A stretch of 64,000 nucleotides of DNA from Saccostrea cucullata (Eukaryota). Below are positions 62,951 to 64,000 of the stretch, one piece after another (the stretch's first letter is position 1; every line of letters begins with the position of its first letter). Made by a program: the position numbers and the translations under genes. The stretch lies in contig NW_026929666.1 of NCBI RefSeq assembly GCF_032062105.1, forward strand, positions 248,001 to 312,000. Direction: 5' to 3'. The notes beneath the pieces were generated by a model, which was not told the origin of the DNA, made no database searches, and worked only from the letters and a program-made list of their open reading frames with translations.

Positions 62951-64000
62951 GTTATATTACTTTTGCCTAGTCATGAAATTAGCTGTCATACATTTTTTAT
63001 ATTGCCATTTTTGTACTTATTTGTGAAATCTTTCTTTAATATATTTTGAACTTATAAAAGCTCTAAATACTAAATAGAAGTCTATTTTTGACATACTTTG
63101 CAGTTCTCAAACACACTTTGTAAATAATAGCAGCATACTTTGTAACAATTTCTTTGCAACTAAAACAAATTTGACAGCTAGCTAAAAACTCCACTTGAAT
63201 ATTGCCTTAAAATGCTCAAAATTTTGAAATTCCGCTTAAGAAAAAATTTTGAAATAGAAAACCTAGCCCAGTATTTTTGCCTCTCATATTCTTTGCATCC
63301 AAAAATAATGATATAAATATATATAAATTGAAATCGGATATATTGAAATTTCGCTTATATTGAAGCCCAAGATCGGTCCCAACAGGTGATAATGAGTTGT
63401 TTTGATAACGGTTATATCAAAGTATGCCTCCCTGGCAATTTGAAAACAAACGGTTGGTGCAAAAGTAAGGTATGCCTGATTGACCAGTTAATATAAAAGG
63501 TGTGAATAATGAAGTTTTCACCTTATGTGTTTTATACATCTCATATCTGAAATAATGGGATTAAATTTTTTTGTTAAATTCTCATATGCGTCCATGTATA
63601 TAATACGGACATACTTCGAGTGAAAAGCTAAACGTTTTATAGTCAACCCCCACAGATCTAGGAAAAAACATAACTTTAAATGTAACTACGTATGTCTGAA
63701 AATAGCAATTGATATAACTAAAATTCGAAATAAGAAGGACCATTGACCTAGTTGTTTTGTGTTACATGAACTACAAGAAGCGTTTAGCATACTTCAACCA
63801 GTTGATGTCCTAAATTTTGTCAAAAAACGTTTTAAATGTAAATTTTGGAATAAAAATGAAGTGACCTTGAGATTGTCTTTTCAATGAAACAGAAATAAAA
63901 AAATTATTTAAACTTTCAAGGACATATCCTGACCCATATTGTATGTAATCTGTTTTTATAGATAAACGATACAAAATTAATTTGGTTCGGGTTTGTTCGA

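Overview
AT-rich eukaryotic genomic DNA, very probably a bivalve mollusc (oyster-like), inferred from the repeat families and gene content. I can support five protein-coding loci. (1) A 21-exon cadherin-related receptor on + (23767-42921, about 982 aa) with signal peptide, 5 EC repeats, a SEA-like membrane-adjacent domain, a TM helix and an acidic tail ending in a PDZ ligand. (2) An intronless class A GPCR on -. (3) A 3-exon secreted protein of unknown family on -. (4) A MANSC1-like mucin-stalk membrane protein on -. (5) A B-box/coiled-coil/NHL TRIM-like gene with three frameshifts on +. Between and inside these genes are many decayed mobile elements. These include at least 14 fragments of a Naiad-type Penelope-like retroelement, most keeping the same structured 3' RNA motif, SINEs with two different heads, Helentron-type elements with ~170-bp tandem repeats, a deleted mariner and several TIR MITEs, some nested. 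The 10.4-14.6 kb segment is nearly TE-free and rich in candidate regulatory motifs. There is a 132-nt assembly gap. Best leads: the conserved Naiad 3' RNA structure, the orphan secreted protein, the roughly 10-fold excess of TACATGTA, and the cadherin architecture. All gene models and family names were derived by eye; no database search was run.
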